This document shows positions 11,757 to 24,539 of a DNA stretch of 64,000 nt, piece after piece. The translations under genes were made by a program, and so were the position numbers. The stretch lies in NCBI GenBank assembly GCA_964016885.1, contig OZ024745.1, positions 34,720,001 to 34,784,000 of the forward strand, written 5' to 3'. The DNA comes from Eledone cirrhosa (Eukaryota). Below the pieces are notes generated by a model, which was not told where the DNA came from, did no database searches, and worked only from the letters and a program-made list of their open reading frames with translations. Numbering within the stretch: position 1 is the stretch's first letter; each line of letters starts with the position of its first letter.

Positions 11757-12790
11757 GACAGGTTGTACTGGATTACATGTTATTGGCAACATGTAACCCA
11801 GTACAACTTGTCGCATGGTTGGGTCGTTGACGACTAAACCGGCAACCCCATCAAGTTTACTTGGTGAGGAGGGTGTCCTGCAGGACAAAAAACAAAACCT
11901 GACAAAGGGTGGAAGAACTCATAAGTGTCAACGGCCATCCAAAAATGTGTAAATATGTATGTACATGTGTATATATGAATGTATGTATATATGTATAAGT
12001 ATATGCGTGGGGACATAGAAATAATCAGGCTGGATACCCGATCGCGCGGTTAAACCACTCGGTGTGAAGGACTCCTAGTCTTCGTCAAAGCATTCTTCTA
12101 GGAGAAGGCAACTCAGAAAACTGGGATAACTCTGATATAAAACCTATGGCTCAGTAGTTACTGATGATGTTGATCTTTTCTTCTTTTCGGGTTATAGCTA
12201 CTGTCACTCAGAGAGTAGGATTGGCTCAGTGCAGTCTTTCCTCACTTTAAAAAAAATATTCTCGCACAGGCATTACACAATAGCATTAATTGATAATTAT
12301 TAATAATGTTATATCGTGCAATGGCCATACTCGATAACGAGGGGGCAACCATCATGTATGTATGTAAGTATGTATATATGCACAGAGACATGGAAATGCT
12401 TGGCTGGTGCCCAAGCACACATTTAACCCACCAGGAGTGTGAGACCCCAAGTTCTTGTTAAGACATTATTCTAGTAGAAGGAAAACTCTGCTGTAAAATC
12501 TACAACTCGATAGCAGCCAAAGATGTTAACTTGTTCTCATTTTTGTATACCTGCCACCTATGTTCAGAGAGTGGGAGTGGTCCAGTGCAAGGCGTTTCTT
12601 CATTTAAAAGCTACAAACACAGTCGTCACTTGTTCTAAACAATTTTCACATGTGTTGTGTGAACATGGCCATTTCTTATTTCTTTCACTGCAATATATGC
12701 AGAAAGGAATCTAAGTTCTTGGTAGGGCTAAAATATCATGTCTGTGCCACTTGTATATGAGAAAAAGTTTAAGGGATGCCAATTCTTGAA
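11757..12790 (+). mobile_element. Probable RTE 5'-UTR-related non-autonomous repeats (two or three segments)
   Basis: GC-richer segments sharing ttctag(g/t)agaagg(c/a)aactc...cagagagt(a/g)gga.tgg between 12010-12350 and 12390-12790; opens with a 25-bp hairpin at 11757-11812. Family assignment is from recall only. Confidence 0.4.
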
Positions 12791-12960
12791 ACTGAGATGC
12801 AGCCATTATGCATGTATGTATATCTGCTTGTCTCTATGTCTTCATGTTGACACCACTTAAACATCTAGTGCCATTCGTTTATGGCTGCATTAACATTGTC
12901 ATGCAGCTTAAGTTTGGTTAGTGGACCTCACTGGACTACTTATTTATAATATATATATAC

Positions 12961-15025
12961 ATCATCATCCTCATCATCATCGTTTAACATCCATCTTCCA
13001 CACAAGCATGGGTTTGGACGGGAATTGTCCCACTTGAGGCAAGATTGGTTGTCTTGCTCAGGACTGTCTGGCAGGTTTTCTACGGCTGGATGCCCTTCCT
13101 AACACCAACCACGTTTACAGTGTGGACTGGGAGGTTTTTACCGTGTTACCTACATGGCCACATTACAGCGTGGACTGTGTGTTTTTTTGTTGTGACACCT
13201 ACTCGACCTCATTTATTTCGGACTGGATGTTGTGGTACCAACATAACTTTACATTGAAAGGGGTGGTGTAGATGGCGGTGGGGGTAGGGTTAGTGGGACA
13301 GGGGTGTATTTTGGTTAAGAGGTGCCTACTGACTGTAGGTTTCGCTTTGTACTTAGGCAAGGCGAGTCTTCTGTATGACTGTGTAGCGCCAAAGATCTCG
13401 ACCCAGTGACATTGTCTTGGAGAGGTGTAAGTGTGTGAGGTCGGATTTTATCAAGTCGTCCCAGGTTTTTCTGGGTCTGCCTACTTCATAGCTACCATCT
13501 GTTTTGATCGCCCTGCACTTTTTTATACAGCTGTCATCTTTCATGCGCATCACGTGACCATACCAACGTAGTCTTCTCTCGAGTAAACAGCATCTAATCC
13601 CTCTTATTCCTAATTTCTCACTTAGTTCATTTATGTTTTGTCATTCGTGTATGTTACTATTACACATCCAACGGAGCATGCAAGCTTCGTTCCTCTCCAG
13701 TCTGCGTAGATCCTCTGCACACAAGTCCCATGTCTCACTGCCATGTAACATCGCTGTTCGTATGCAGGCATCATACAGCCTGCCTTTTATTTTTAGAGAG
13801 AAACCTTTAGCGGCCAATAGTGGTATAAGCTCTCTGAACTTTTTCCATCCCATTCAGACTCTAGCTACAGTACTTTCGGAGCACCCTCCACCACTGCTGA
13901 TTTTGTCACCCAGGTAACGGAAGGTGTCCACTATTTCTATAGAACCATCTGGGCAATGGATTGAGCTAGTATTCTGTGGGCATTTGCTGCTACTTATTGC
14001 ACCAGAGCACCGGCCACATATAAAATCTATATTCTTAGTTAGCTTACCTGTGATCCCACTACATCTTTTATGAACCCATACTTTGCATTTGGGACATAAA
14101 ATGGAGTTTCTGCCTACTTCTTTCCTACACACTGAGCATGGCCATTTCCCAGATGGGACCAGTGCCCTATCCTCCTTCCTACATATTAGGACTTTAGTCT
14201 TAGACAAGTTAACTTTAAGGCCTTTTGATTCTAGGCCATGCTTCCATGTTTGGAATTTCTTCTCTAGTTCAGCCATTGATTCGGCTATGAGCGTTAGATC
14301 ATCTACATATAGAAGTTCCCATGGGCAGCCGGTCTTGAACTCTCACAAGCCATTCATCTACACCTAGTTTTCTAAGAGCCTACCAGATAATGGAACGGGG
14401 GACTCTGTCGAAGGCTTTCTCCAAGTCGACAAAAGCTAAGTAGAGGGGTTTACTTTTAGCTAGGTACTTCTCCTGTAGTTGTCATACAATGAAAAGCGTC
14501 TGTGGTACTTTTACCTGACACAAACCCGAACTGCATTTCATCTAGATCAATTCGCTCTCTGATTAGTTGCGCTATTATTTTTTCTGTGACCTTAATGACC
14601 TGGTCAATTAATTTAATGCCTCTATAGTTTCCCCTATCTAGAGCATCTCCTTTACCCTTGTAGCAGTTAATGATGATGCTGCTACACCAGTCCTTTGGTA
14701 CGACCCCATTCTGTATAACTTGGTTTACTATCCAGGTGACCATAGTGTGTTCCACCGTTCCAGATGCTTTCAGCATTTCAGCAACTATTTCTGAAGGCCC
14801 AGCCGCCTTGCCCGTCTTCATATCTTTGATTGCCTTACTTATTATACTACCTTCAACTTGCACTGCTGGTCCCTCTATTGGATCGATGTGGGGGAGACTG
14901 TCTTTCTCCCATTTATTCTCCTCATTTAGTAGCCTTTCGTAGTGACACTTCCAAGCTACCTTCTTATCAGTGTCAGTGATGGCAAGTACACCATCATCAT
15001 TACGGAACACCATCATCATTACGGA
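12961..15025 (-). mobile_element. 5'-truncated RTE-clade LINE with RT, Cys-rich insert, C-terminal domain and (GAT)n tail
   Basis: ORF fragments 14456-15100 (MKTGKAAGPSEIVAEMLK..YKGKGDALDRGNYRGIKL..QFGF), AFVDLEKAFDRVPR, LLYVDDL, 13854-14276 (KVNLSKTKVL..FRYLG), 13641-13853 (MLHGSETW) and 13353-13553 (GRPRKTW); the 3' UTR ends in aaacgatgatgatg. Confidence 0.92.
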
Positions 15026-15048
15026 ATATATATATATATATATATATC

Positions 15049-15445
15049 CAGGGTGGGTAAAATTCCCGAGATCCATGGACGAGTTCTCTCCAGCAGTCAC
15101 TGTCCCTCATAATCGTTGCCATGTCCTGCATCTCCAATAGACTGGTTTCTCTCGTTAGGACATCAACGTATGTCAACCTTAGTCTCCCTCTTCTAGTGTG
15201 TCCGTGCAGGGGCTCCCACAGGAGAACTGAGTTCAGTGTCATCTCTGGATGCTGGTGAGCATGTCCAGCTAACCTGTCTCCTCTGTGCTACTTTTGAGGT
15301 GACGTTTGGGAGGCTTCAGTACAGCTCTGAGTTCTTCATCCTCAGTGTATACTGATTAATGTTCAGAGCCATCCTCAGAATTCTTCTATAGCATGCATCC
15401 ACCATCTGAGTGAGTTTTTTGGTCAGTGTCCAAATCTTAGACCCA
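15049..15445 (-). mobile_element. Second LINE 3' ORF remnant (RTE-like, different family)
   Basis: Minus strand reads YGSKIWTLTKKLTQMVDACYRRILRMALNI...LLWEPLHGHTRRGRLRLTYVDVL..WRELV; bounded by (TA)n. Confidence 0.75.
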
Positions 15446-16547
15446 TATATATATATAATGTATGTATATATATATATATATAATGTATGTATATATATAT
15501 ATATATAAATGAAAAGTATAGAAATTGTTGTAGCGAGAAGCTAACAGTATTCCATAACATATATATATATATAAGGATTGGCATCAAGAAGGGTATTTAA
15601 TTGAACGAATACTGCCTCGCAAAGTTTCATCCAATTCAACCAGGATAAAATGTCTCTAATACTGGTGCCAATATAAAATGAACCTATTATACTCTGTAAA
15701 GTAGTTGGTGTTAAAGGTATCCTGCAGTAAAAACGAAACCAAAATAAGGACATATAAGTGAGACATAGTCCTCCAAACCATCCAAATAAGAACTGAATCA
15801 AATCTGGGCCATATTAATCCATGACTGGGCCACAAGACTTTCAGATATTTCAGGCACCTTCTGGATCTTCAATCTTTTATCCCACCACAACAAGCAAAGC
15901 TTAACATACCTCTAGTCTCTTCAGGGCCCCTAGGCTTCAGCTAAGTCAGCCTTATGAATTGTACAGCTCCGGATCAGACTGTAATGGTCCATCCAGCACA
16001 TAAAAGTTTGTAAAATTGGTGTATAATTCTAATGATGACGATGATCATTATCATGATTAAGATGGTGATAGCAACGCTGATATTTTCATCTTGTTAATGT
16101 TCTCAAGGATATTTTTTATAAGTAAAGTTGAAGTAATGTAGCAATATTCATTCACTGATCATAACGGTCTGCTAACAGATTTTGTTTATGATCATTCAGA
16201 CATTTCATGCTCATAGCTGGATATCTGAATCATTGTCTATAATTTTGTTATTGATTTTCTTAGAATGAATAAAGTAAGATTTAGATATTAGATATATTAT
16301 TTGAATATCAACTTCTCATAGACAGCCAATCACTGTGGAAGTCTTGCTACACATATGTACAAGACTGCTGTTAGATTAGTAAACATGTAGAAAACAGAAG
16401 ACAATTATCACAAAAATTGAGTGAACATCATAACAAAAACAGAGATAAAATCTAAGATCCTGAGACCATCATCATCATTGAATGGAAAAATGAGGATAAT
16501 GATGTTTACACACCCACACTTGCATATATATATATATATATATATAT

Positions 16548-16657
16548 AGTTGTAATAAAATGAAAACGAAATTTCATTTCTCACTCTTAGTACGGCACTT
16601 ACTTAAATGTAAGTATGTATACGTACATACATATATGTATACAGACGTACAGTAGCA

Positions 16658-16697
<40 letters not shown>

Positions 16698-17127
16698 CAG
16701 GTACACATACATATATGTACGCATCAGTTTAGCGGACGCTTATTATAGCGCCCGCTTTGTTCGTTTGTAAACAAACTGAACAGCCTGAATTTATGCCGCA
16801 CGGTGTTAAGGCAACCACGTCACCTTTTTGTTCAACACTGACACAGGAACGATGTACTAGTTTCAAGCTTGTTAGCTATCATCAGCACCGTATACCCATC
16901 TGCCAGATAGTTGAACGTTCGAAAGTATATACTTTCCTTATGAAAATTAACGCCTGAGCAGCCTAATTTGCATATCGAGTGAGTTAAATCGGTCAGGCGC
17001 ACCGAAAACGATGAGTTGTAATAAAATGAAAACGAAATTTCATTTCTCACTCTTAGTACAGCACTTACTTAAATGTAAGTATGTATGTATACGTACATAC
17101 ATATATGTATACAGACGTACAGTAGCA

Positions 17128-17173
<46 letters not shown>

Positions 17174-17360
17174 CAGGTACACACACGTGCGGCATAAATT
17201 CAGGCTGTTCAGTTTGTTTACAAACGAACAAAGCGGGCGCTATAATAAGCGTCCGCTAAACTGATGCGTACATATATGTATGTCTACCTGTATGTATATG
17301 CATGCTACTGTACGTCTGTATACATATATGTATGTACGTATACATACATACTTACATTTA
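16548..17360 (-). mobile_element. Partial-tandem plus inverted element containing an HHR (PLE/retrozyme-like)
   Basis: 16548-~16705 is directly repeated at 17015-~17183; 17187-17360 is the reverse complement of ~16605-16802; (TA)n flanks both sides. Confidence 0.8.
16849..16891 (-). ncRNA. Minimal type I hammerhead ribozyme
   Basis: Minus strand reads acggtg-CTGATGA-t-agct-aaca-agct-t-GAAA-ctag-TA-catcgt: 6-bp stem I, palindromic stem III ACTAGT, GUA triplet. Confidence 0.8.
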
Positions 17361-17462
17361 TATATATATATATATACGTGTATATATATATATACATGTA
17401 TATAATAATAATAATATTATTTATACTTAATAATAATAATATTATTATTTATACTATATATA

Positions 17463-17651
17463 AGGGCGGTGAATTGGCAGTATCGGTAGAGGGTCGGACG
17501 CCATGCTTTGACGTATAGAGTTACGGCCCTTGCTATTCTGAGTTCAAATCCCGTTGAGGTTAACTTTGCCTTTCATCCTAACGGGGTCGATAAAATAAAG
17601 TACCAGTAATGCACTGGGATAATTGCTGGCCTTGTGCCTATTGTAGAAACA
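17463..17651 (+). mobile_element. SINE family A with target-site duplication
   Basis: attatttatactatatat at 17444-17461 and 17652-17669. Confidence 0.88.
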
Positions 17652-17807
17652 ATTATTTATACTATATATAATTATAAACAGGAACGGTCAGTAATTCCTT
17701 ATTACCTTATTAACAGTAAGAAAAATAGCTCAATGTAAATATATCAGATGTTTTACAGAGCAGGAATATAAATTACAGAATAATCAAAACTATGTTCAAA
17801 ACATTTT

Positions 17808-17856
17808 ATTTCTGACAATCGTTTCTTCCAAACTTTCGTTTGGATTCATCGGAGCA
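17808..17856 (-). ncRNA. Degenerate minimal hammerhead motif at the 3' end of a PLE-like remnant (~17670-18690)
   Basis: Minus strand reads tgct-CCGATGA-atccaaac-gaaa-gtttggaa-GAAA-cgattg-TC-agaa. Upstream on the same strand (18207-18260) is IETT(fs)LIHKHLCLLN, resembling the E..I......LN end of GIY-YIG domains. Confidence 0.55.
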
Positions 17857-18694
17857 CTAGCAAAGTTTAGACATATAATTAACTTCCTATTCCACAGAAC
17901 AATCATAAAGATACATAGATATTATTGTTGTCATCAACAGTGTCATATTTACAGAGTGGAGATGTTGAGGTCAGTATCAGTGGATGCGACAAAGATTACA
18001 AAAGAATAATATAACAATTATATAGGAATTAAGGCAGAAAGTTATTCGCAAAACGAGAACATTAGCAGCACATATGCAAGCGTATAGAGAGTGAAAATGT
18101 GTCAGGCATGTACAGAATAGCTAGGTAGGTAACAAGCAATAGTACTAGGCATATATATTACAGTATGGCAAAGTTATCATATAATACAATACAGGTTTAA
18201 AAGCATATTAAGCAGACAGAGATGTTTGTGTATTAAAAGTAGTTTCAATGAAGTTTATGGTGGATGTAGTGTAATAATTGTTCCTGTAATGTTCAAATGT
18301 GCATGTGTTGTGAGTGTGAATATTAAGGTTTTCTTTTCCATTACATTGGTTATATTTTAATGAACGTTTATAAGTAGTTACAACTATGGATTGTATATTG
18401 GTCCTATTACAATTTTATCCAGGGTTCGAGTTGTTCTAGAGTGATCTGTCTAACGGTTTAATTTCAGGAAGTGAATTAGAGATCTATATTAAGGGGAGCT
18501 AATGTGAAAGGGGGGGTAATTAGCAATTAATTTGTATATAATAGAAAAAATGTATAGTTGTTTACAGTTAAATTCATTGTGCTAATATACAATATATTAT
18601 GTTATAAGTGAATCCCTTATATATAATGCTATTTATTTATATATTTAATTTTAAATACAATCTATTTTCCTATAATACAATAAAGGTCTCATTA

Positions 18695-18875
18695 TGTGGA
18701 TTAGCAGTATCCGTAGAGGGTCGGACGCCATGCTTTGACACATAGAGTTACGGCCCTTGCCATTCTGAGTTCAAATCCCGCCCAGGTTAACTTTGTCTTT
18801 CATCCTTATGGGGTTGATAAAATAAAGTACCAGTAATACACTGGTTAATGACCTTGTGCCAAAAGTAAAAACAAT
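18695..18875 (+). mobile_element. SINE family A
   Basis: Matches the family head, core and tail. Confidence 0.85.
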
Positions 18876-19199
18876 TATATTACTCTCTACCCATTACTGA
18901 ATAAAATATAAGTAAGTTATAGTAGTTATATTAAATGGTGGTAACTTTGTTTATTATTAATAGTTATTGTAGAGTACAAGATTTGAGATAAATAGGAGGT
19001 AAGTAGAAGAACTGATAGATATATTTGTGCATGCACACACACATACACACAATCACACACAGGCAGAAACGCATTATGCATGTATAACAAATTATACATG
19101 CATATAAAGACAGAGATCTGAAAGTTGTAGAGAGAGAAATAGAATGAGACAGAGTAAGAGAAAATGAATTAAAACAATAGTCTTCTTTGCCCACTTATT

Positions 19200-20260
19200 C
19201 ATGATAGCATTTGTATAGAGACATCAGGGTAGCAAGAAGCTGACCATAGATCCTGCAGAACCTTCCACAGAAGGTCCCAAGGAATGTGGTATTATTCCTT
19301 TTCGAAGTCTACAAAACAAGAATATACCTCTTGGCAATACTCCCACAATTTCCCGAATACCTGCCACAGTGTTAATAGTTGGTCAGCTGTGCTGCATCCA
19401 GGGCAAAAACTACATTGTTCATCAGCTAGCTTGGACTTGACAGTCTCCCTGCATCTCTTTGCCAGACACTTAGCATAGACTTTAATGAGGTTGCTTAACA
19501 AAGAGATCCCTTTGTAATTGGAACAATCTCTCTTATTTTCCTTTTAGAAAATCGGGATTATCACTCCTGATTGCCATTGCTTAGGTGCCTTTCCAAAAAT
19601 ATTGGTCATCCGGCACACATGAGTCAGCCAGAGAATACCTTATCTATTTAAGGCTTTTAATATTGTGGGCTGTATTTCATCTTCCTCAGCAGCCGTGTCA
19701 CCTTTGAGCTCTTTATCTGCTCTTGTGATCTCAAACTCAGAGAGATTAGTCACTGCTCCCAGATGCATCTCATGTACATCAGAAGATGCTGTTGTGATCA
19801 GGTTTAGGAGATCAGCAAAAATATTCATTTCACCTCATGAGGATACAACTCTTTGAAGAGAGAAACCCAGACACGTTCTTGATAGCAGGTGTGGAGGAGG
19901 ACTTCTTATTTCAAAGTGAGCAGTCTGCCAGGATACTTTATTTGCTGATCTGATGTCGGATTCCAGCTGAATCCCAAAGTCCTCCTATGTCTTAACTTTG
20001 GACGTCTTTACTGTCTCTTCTGTGATTCTTCGTGCCTACGTGTACCATAAGTGCAAGAAGGAGGACAAAGCTTTGTAGGCCTCCTTCTTTGCTTGGATGG
20101 CATCTTTGACCTTTTGATTAAACCAAGGGGTCCTCCTGCCATCCGGTGTCATATCACTCCTCTTTTGCATTGTGCATCCATCCCAAGCCTCCCAGGACAG
20201 GTCACAGGCCCATAGCCAGTTTTTTCAGCATGAAATGGAGATAGCAATATATTTTTCAAA
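19200..20260 (-). mobile_element. Decayed RTE-clade LINE (RT N-terminal region)
   Basis: Fragments KGDTAAEEDEIQPTILKAL and EQCSFCPGCSTADQLLTLWQVFGKLWEYCQEVYSCFVDFEKE match RT domains 0-3. Confidence 0.8.
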
Positions 20261-21331
20261 GGGGCCCCTTTACCTGAATGTGTCCTTTGGTAACCTGCAT
20301 GAAGGACAATGCAGTATGGTTCATTTTCATTCCTCTTATCATATTGCACTTTTGGTGGTCTTATTCGTGCAAGTCACCAATCTGGTATTTTCTCAAACCC
20401 GTGAGGACTAGGCATTTTTAGAGGTGGCCTTTACCCACCTCATCCTAATTACATCACTGGGTTGTGAGAGTTTTCTTGGAAGTTAATGGTGTCACCCATT
20501 GCTTTATCTCTCCTAGTAGTTTACCTCTGTTGGTTCAGGGCTGCTTATTTGCCCAGCAGCTGCCTACTTATATTGCAAATAACCATCATGTCTGCTGGCC
20601 ATATCGTTATCTGCCACCTGCAACCCATTCAGAACAGCTCTGCTGAGAAAACAAGAGATAGTGAAAGATAAAATTCAAAAGGGAAATTGAGGGAAAATAA
20701 ATGCAGTGATTTTGAAATGTCCAAAGATGTCTTGTTAACTTTTCCTCAAATGTTTGGGTTTCTTCTCTCACTCACTTCTACTCAGTATTTTTATATCTCC
20801 TTTCAAATATTCCTCATATTTATCTCTGATGTGGTGGTTGAGAGTGGGAGATTTTTATTCACACATTATTCTGAAATACTTCTGTATAAAAATAATAGAG
20901 ATACATTGAGAAATGGCGACATTGTTTCTAGATAAAAAAAAGAGACACGTTTTTTACTTATTATATATATATATAGGACTAGAACTCTTTCATGATATGA
21001 AATCATCAATGTTTTCACTCTACTAATGTATTGAGTGCATTATACACTGTGGTTACCCTCGATTTCACTTGGGATCTACATATATATATATATATGTAGA
21101 TCCTTAAACACCGAATTCAGCAATGAATTATTTGTGCAAATGTTGTTGTATGTATGGAGTGCTATCATTAGATAAATAGAGGATTAATTTATTAACATAA
21201 AAGAGCTGTATAACCTATATGTTGAGTACAATGAATTATATACAAGTGGTATGTGAGTTATACATACATGTATAACTTGATAGATAGATTAATGACATTG
21301 TAAGTGAGAAATGCTTTTTTGGTCTACCCTA

Positions 21332-21637
21332 GGGATATTTAACTTTGCCATGCAATCAGCCATACGCTGACCCAGAGCTTACCAGGGGTTATATAGACGT
21401 GGTTCTAATAGGGCCCCTGACAGGTTCTGTGAGTAAACTACATTTACAAAGAACTTTGATATGTAGATCTGACTCTTCGTATGGAATATTCAGTTGTAGC
21501 ACTCTATGATAGGGAGTAATCATCCTAATATAGATACCTTTTAGTACTTCATGATAGAGTAGACTGTAATTAAAGATGGGATACTTAAATTTGGAAACTG
21601 TGTATAACCGTATATATAAGGGACTCAATTGAGACAC
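21332..21637 (+). pseudogene. Decayed GIY-YIG endonuclease remnant of a Penelope-like element
   Basis: With frameshifts reads GIFN(L)PCNQ...GYID...SNRAPDRFCE*...LNLETVYNRIYKGLN*D, preserving the order GIY / YIG / R..EH / E..I....LN. An HHR motif follows on the same strand. Confidence 0.5.
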
Positions 21638-22027
21638 CTTTTAATGTATGTTGGAATAATAAATTTAGTTATAGAAATCAGCTAGTTACCTCCCACTTAA
21701 AGTGCTTGTATTGCATATAACACCCTGCCGCACAATAATTATATATAGATAAGACACACGTGCATGCCCCACGTGTAACTAATGCATACAATAACTACTA
21801 CAACTGACTAACAAACTATCCTCTTACATTATCTACGTTAACTGCCGATGTTGTATTTTAATTTTGCTTTGATTCTGTTTTAATATGATTTTAATTTTTG
21901 AATTTAAAATTGCCATTCAGAAATAATATAATATATGTCACCCCACTGTGCATCAATATATACATATGTATCTGTATGTCTCTTGTGTTGGAAAGGAGGT
22001 CATGTATGTATACAAACATTGAAAAAT

Positions 22028-22072
22028 GCTCTAAAGACGCCAAGCCTCGGTTTGGATGAAACAATTGTAAGC
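22028..22072 (+). ncRNA. Degenerate minimal hammerhead motif
   Basis: gct-CTAAAGA(G5A)-cgccaagc-ctcg-gtttggat-GAAA-caattg-TA-agc, with palindromic stem III ACAATTGT. Confidence 0.55.
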
Positions 22073-22427
22073 TAATAAATGGTTTGAACATAACTTTGAT
22101 TCCTGTGAATTCTATATAACTGCCCTGTAAAACAACTGATGTTATTACATTGAGCCATTTATCTTACTGGTAATAAGATAGTAATAAATTACTGTCTTTC
22201 ACTGTTTAGGGTTTAAAATATATATAACTATAAAAAGTTTTAGTATATACATAACCATAAATAGTATCCTTAATACTATATATATATATATGACAAGTAA
22301 ATATGTATTGAAACAGTGAGCAGAAAATAGAATAGCTTTCACCGTATTTTTTGACTAAAGAAATTTTAGTCTGATAATGGGTTTAGAACCCTCAGATAAA
22401 TGGAAAAAGATGAGTATTGACGTACAT

Positions 22428-22478
<51 letters not shown>

Positions 22479-22899
22479 TTTTCCCGTGTCAGCGACTACC
22501 TGCGTATATAGACTTTTTTTAAATATAATTTGTTGCATGTATAAATAAAAATACTTGAATATATATAATTGGCTACATGTCAAGGAGAGAATATGCAAAG
22601 GTTATATATAGGTGTGTGTGTGCAATTATATATTTCTGTCATTTGTGTAATTAAGCTTTTCATAAATCCCTTATTATAAAGAATGGGAAAGAAACAAATA
22701 AACTTTTTAATAATTATTATTTAAATTTCTGTTTCTGTATTCTTCTCTATGATTAGAATTTACTTAATATCTGACAATTTCTCTTTGCTTAACTCATTGT
22801 TTCATTCTTTATTGTTTAGTTTTTCTTATGAACCCTCTATACATATATATGTGTATGAGTGGGTTTATATATGTATATACATGTGTGTGTGTGTGTGTA

Positions 22900-23200
22900 T
22901 TATCATCATCATCACGATTTAACGTCCTTTTTTTCACACTAGCATGGGTTAGATGCTAGCATACTCAAACAGAACTGCTTTGGGGTTGGTTTCTACAGCT
23001 CAATGCCCTTCCTAATGCCTACCACATTTACGGTGTGTGGTGGGTCTTTTTGTCATGACACCTACACAACTTCTTCACAGTTTTGTACTTATTATATATA
23101 TATAAAGCTGGGTGCTTTCTGTCGTGATGCCTACACAACCACTTTACAGTGTGGGCTGGGTCATTTTGGTCATATTGCCACCATGACCACTTAAGTGTAG
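22900..23200 (-). mobile_element. RTE-type 3' tail fragment
   Basis: catcatcatcacgatttaacgtcc...ttctacagctcaatgcccttcctaatgcc matches the tail of the 12961 LINE. Confidence 0.65.
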
Positions 23201-23612
23201 ACTGGGGACTGGGTGGGAGAGGTGTGTGGGGATTGGGGAGGTGGATATTTGGGCATGTTTGGTGCTTCAGCCTGTATTCATGGGAGGTGTATGGAAGGGG
23301 ATAGGGTAAATGTGGTGCATACTGTATGTGTGCTTCAGCCTGTGCTCATGAGGAGGCAGGTCTTCTGTATTACTGCATAATTGTTTGTACTTTAGGCGCA
23401 AGGCCAGCAATTATCCCAGTGCATTACTGGTACTTTATTTTATTGTGCATAATGCCAGAGATCGCGGTCTGTTTATCACCTCTAAGAGGTACAATTTTGC
23501 ATGTATTCACATGTTTTCACAAATGTACACGCACACACACACACATATAAACATATAAACATACATTTATATCAATATATATATCTCTTTTCTCTTTTCC
23601 CATCCATCCCTT

Positions 23613-23684
<72 letters not shown>

Positions 23685-24539
23685 TGAATGTACGTATTGT
23701 ATATTTAATAATATAATGTATGTTTATTTTAAAACATTTTGAAGGCCTTTTGCTATGAATTCACAGTAGTGGCTATAGTCATATACCTAGCTTCAGCAAA
23801 AATATTAATTAAAAATTGTCCTATTCAAAACTATTTATAGTTTTATCTAGTTCTGGCATTAACAACTTCTTTCTGTAATGACCTATCATTCATTTTTGTA
23901 GTTTTGATCATGGCCTATACATATATAACATACATTTAAAACTTTGAAATGATTGAGTATAATATATTTCATTAGAAATATGGCAAAGAAAGGGTTATTA
24001 GAATTAATGCAATTCTCATAAATGAGGAAGGGTATTTTCTTTTATTACTGGTTATTTAGAGAGTGAAAGGCAATGCTCATAACACTTTTCAGAGCCTCTA
24101 GATGGAGGGAAGATATCCTGGTAGAAAGAGGGAAAATATCCTTAACTTTTTTAGTGCCATAGACGAGATAACACATCCTAACATGTATGCATTTCCAGTG
24201 TCATGGACAAGATAACTTATCTTAACATGTTGGAACAGTTCTTAACCTCAAAGCTAGATGGGGCTACTAGTTTATTGATGTGGCGTTTGTCAATCTAAAT
24301 AGTCATTTTACTGAGAAAAAAACTGGCACAGCAACTGTAGCTGTGTAAAATATATGTAGCAGTCAGCGGGTTAAACTAGTGAAATAGGCATCCAAGTATT
24401 AAAGTGGGGTGTTAAACTGGGCAACAGATCATGTCTATTACCCAATGGCCTATTGCTCATCTACAGTTCAAATGTTGCTAACCCATGAGGAAGCGAAAAT
24501 AAAACAGAAAAAATGGGTCTAATACTCTGAAATTCTCTT

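Noticed and set aside
13259-13306. G-rich potential quadruplex (also 23203-23245)
   Set aside because: Part of the RTE 3' UTR; no evidence for a host function.
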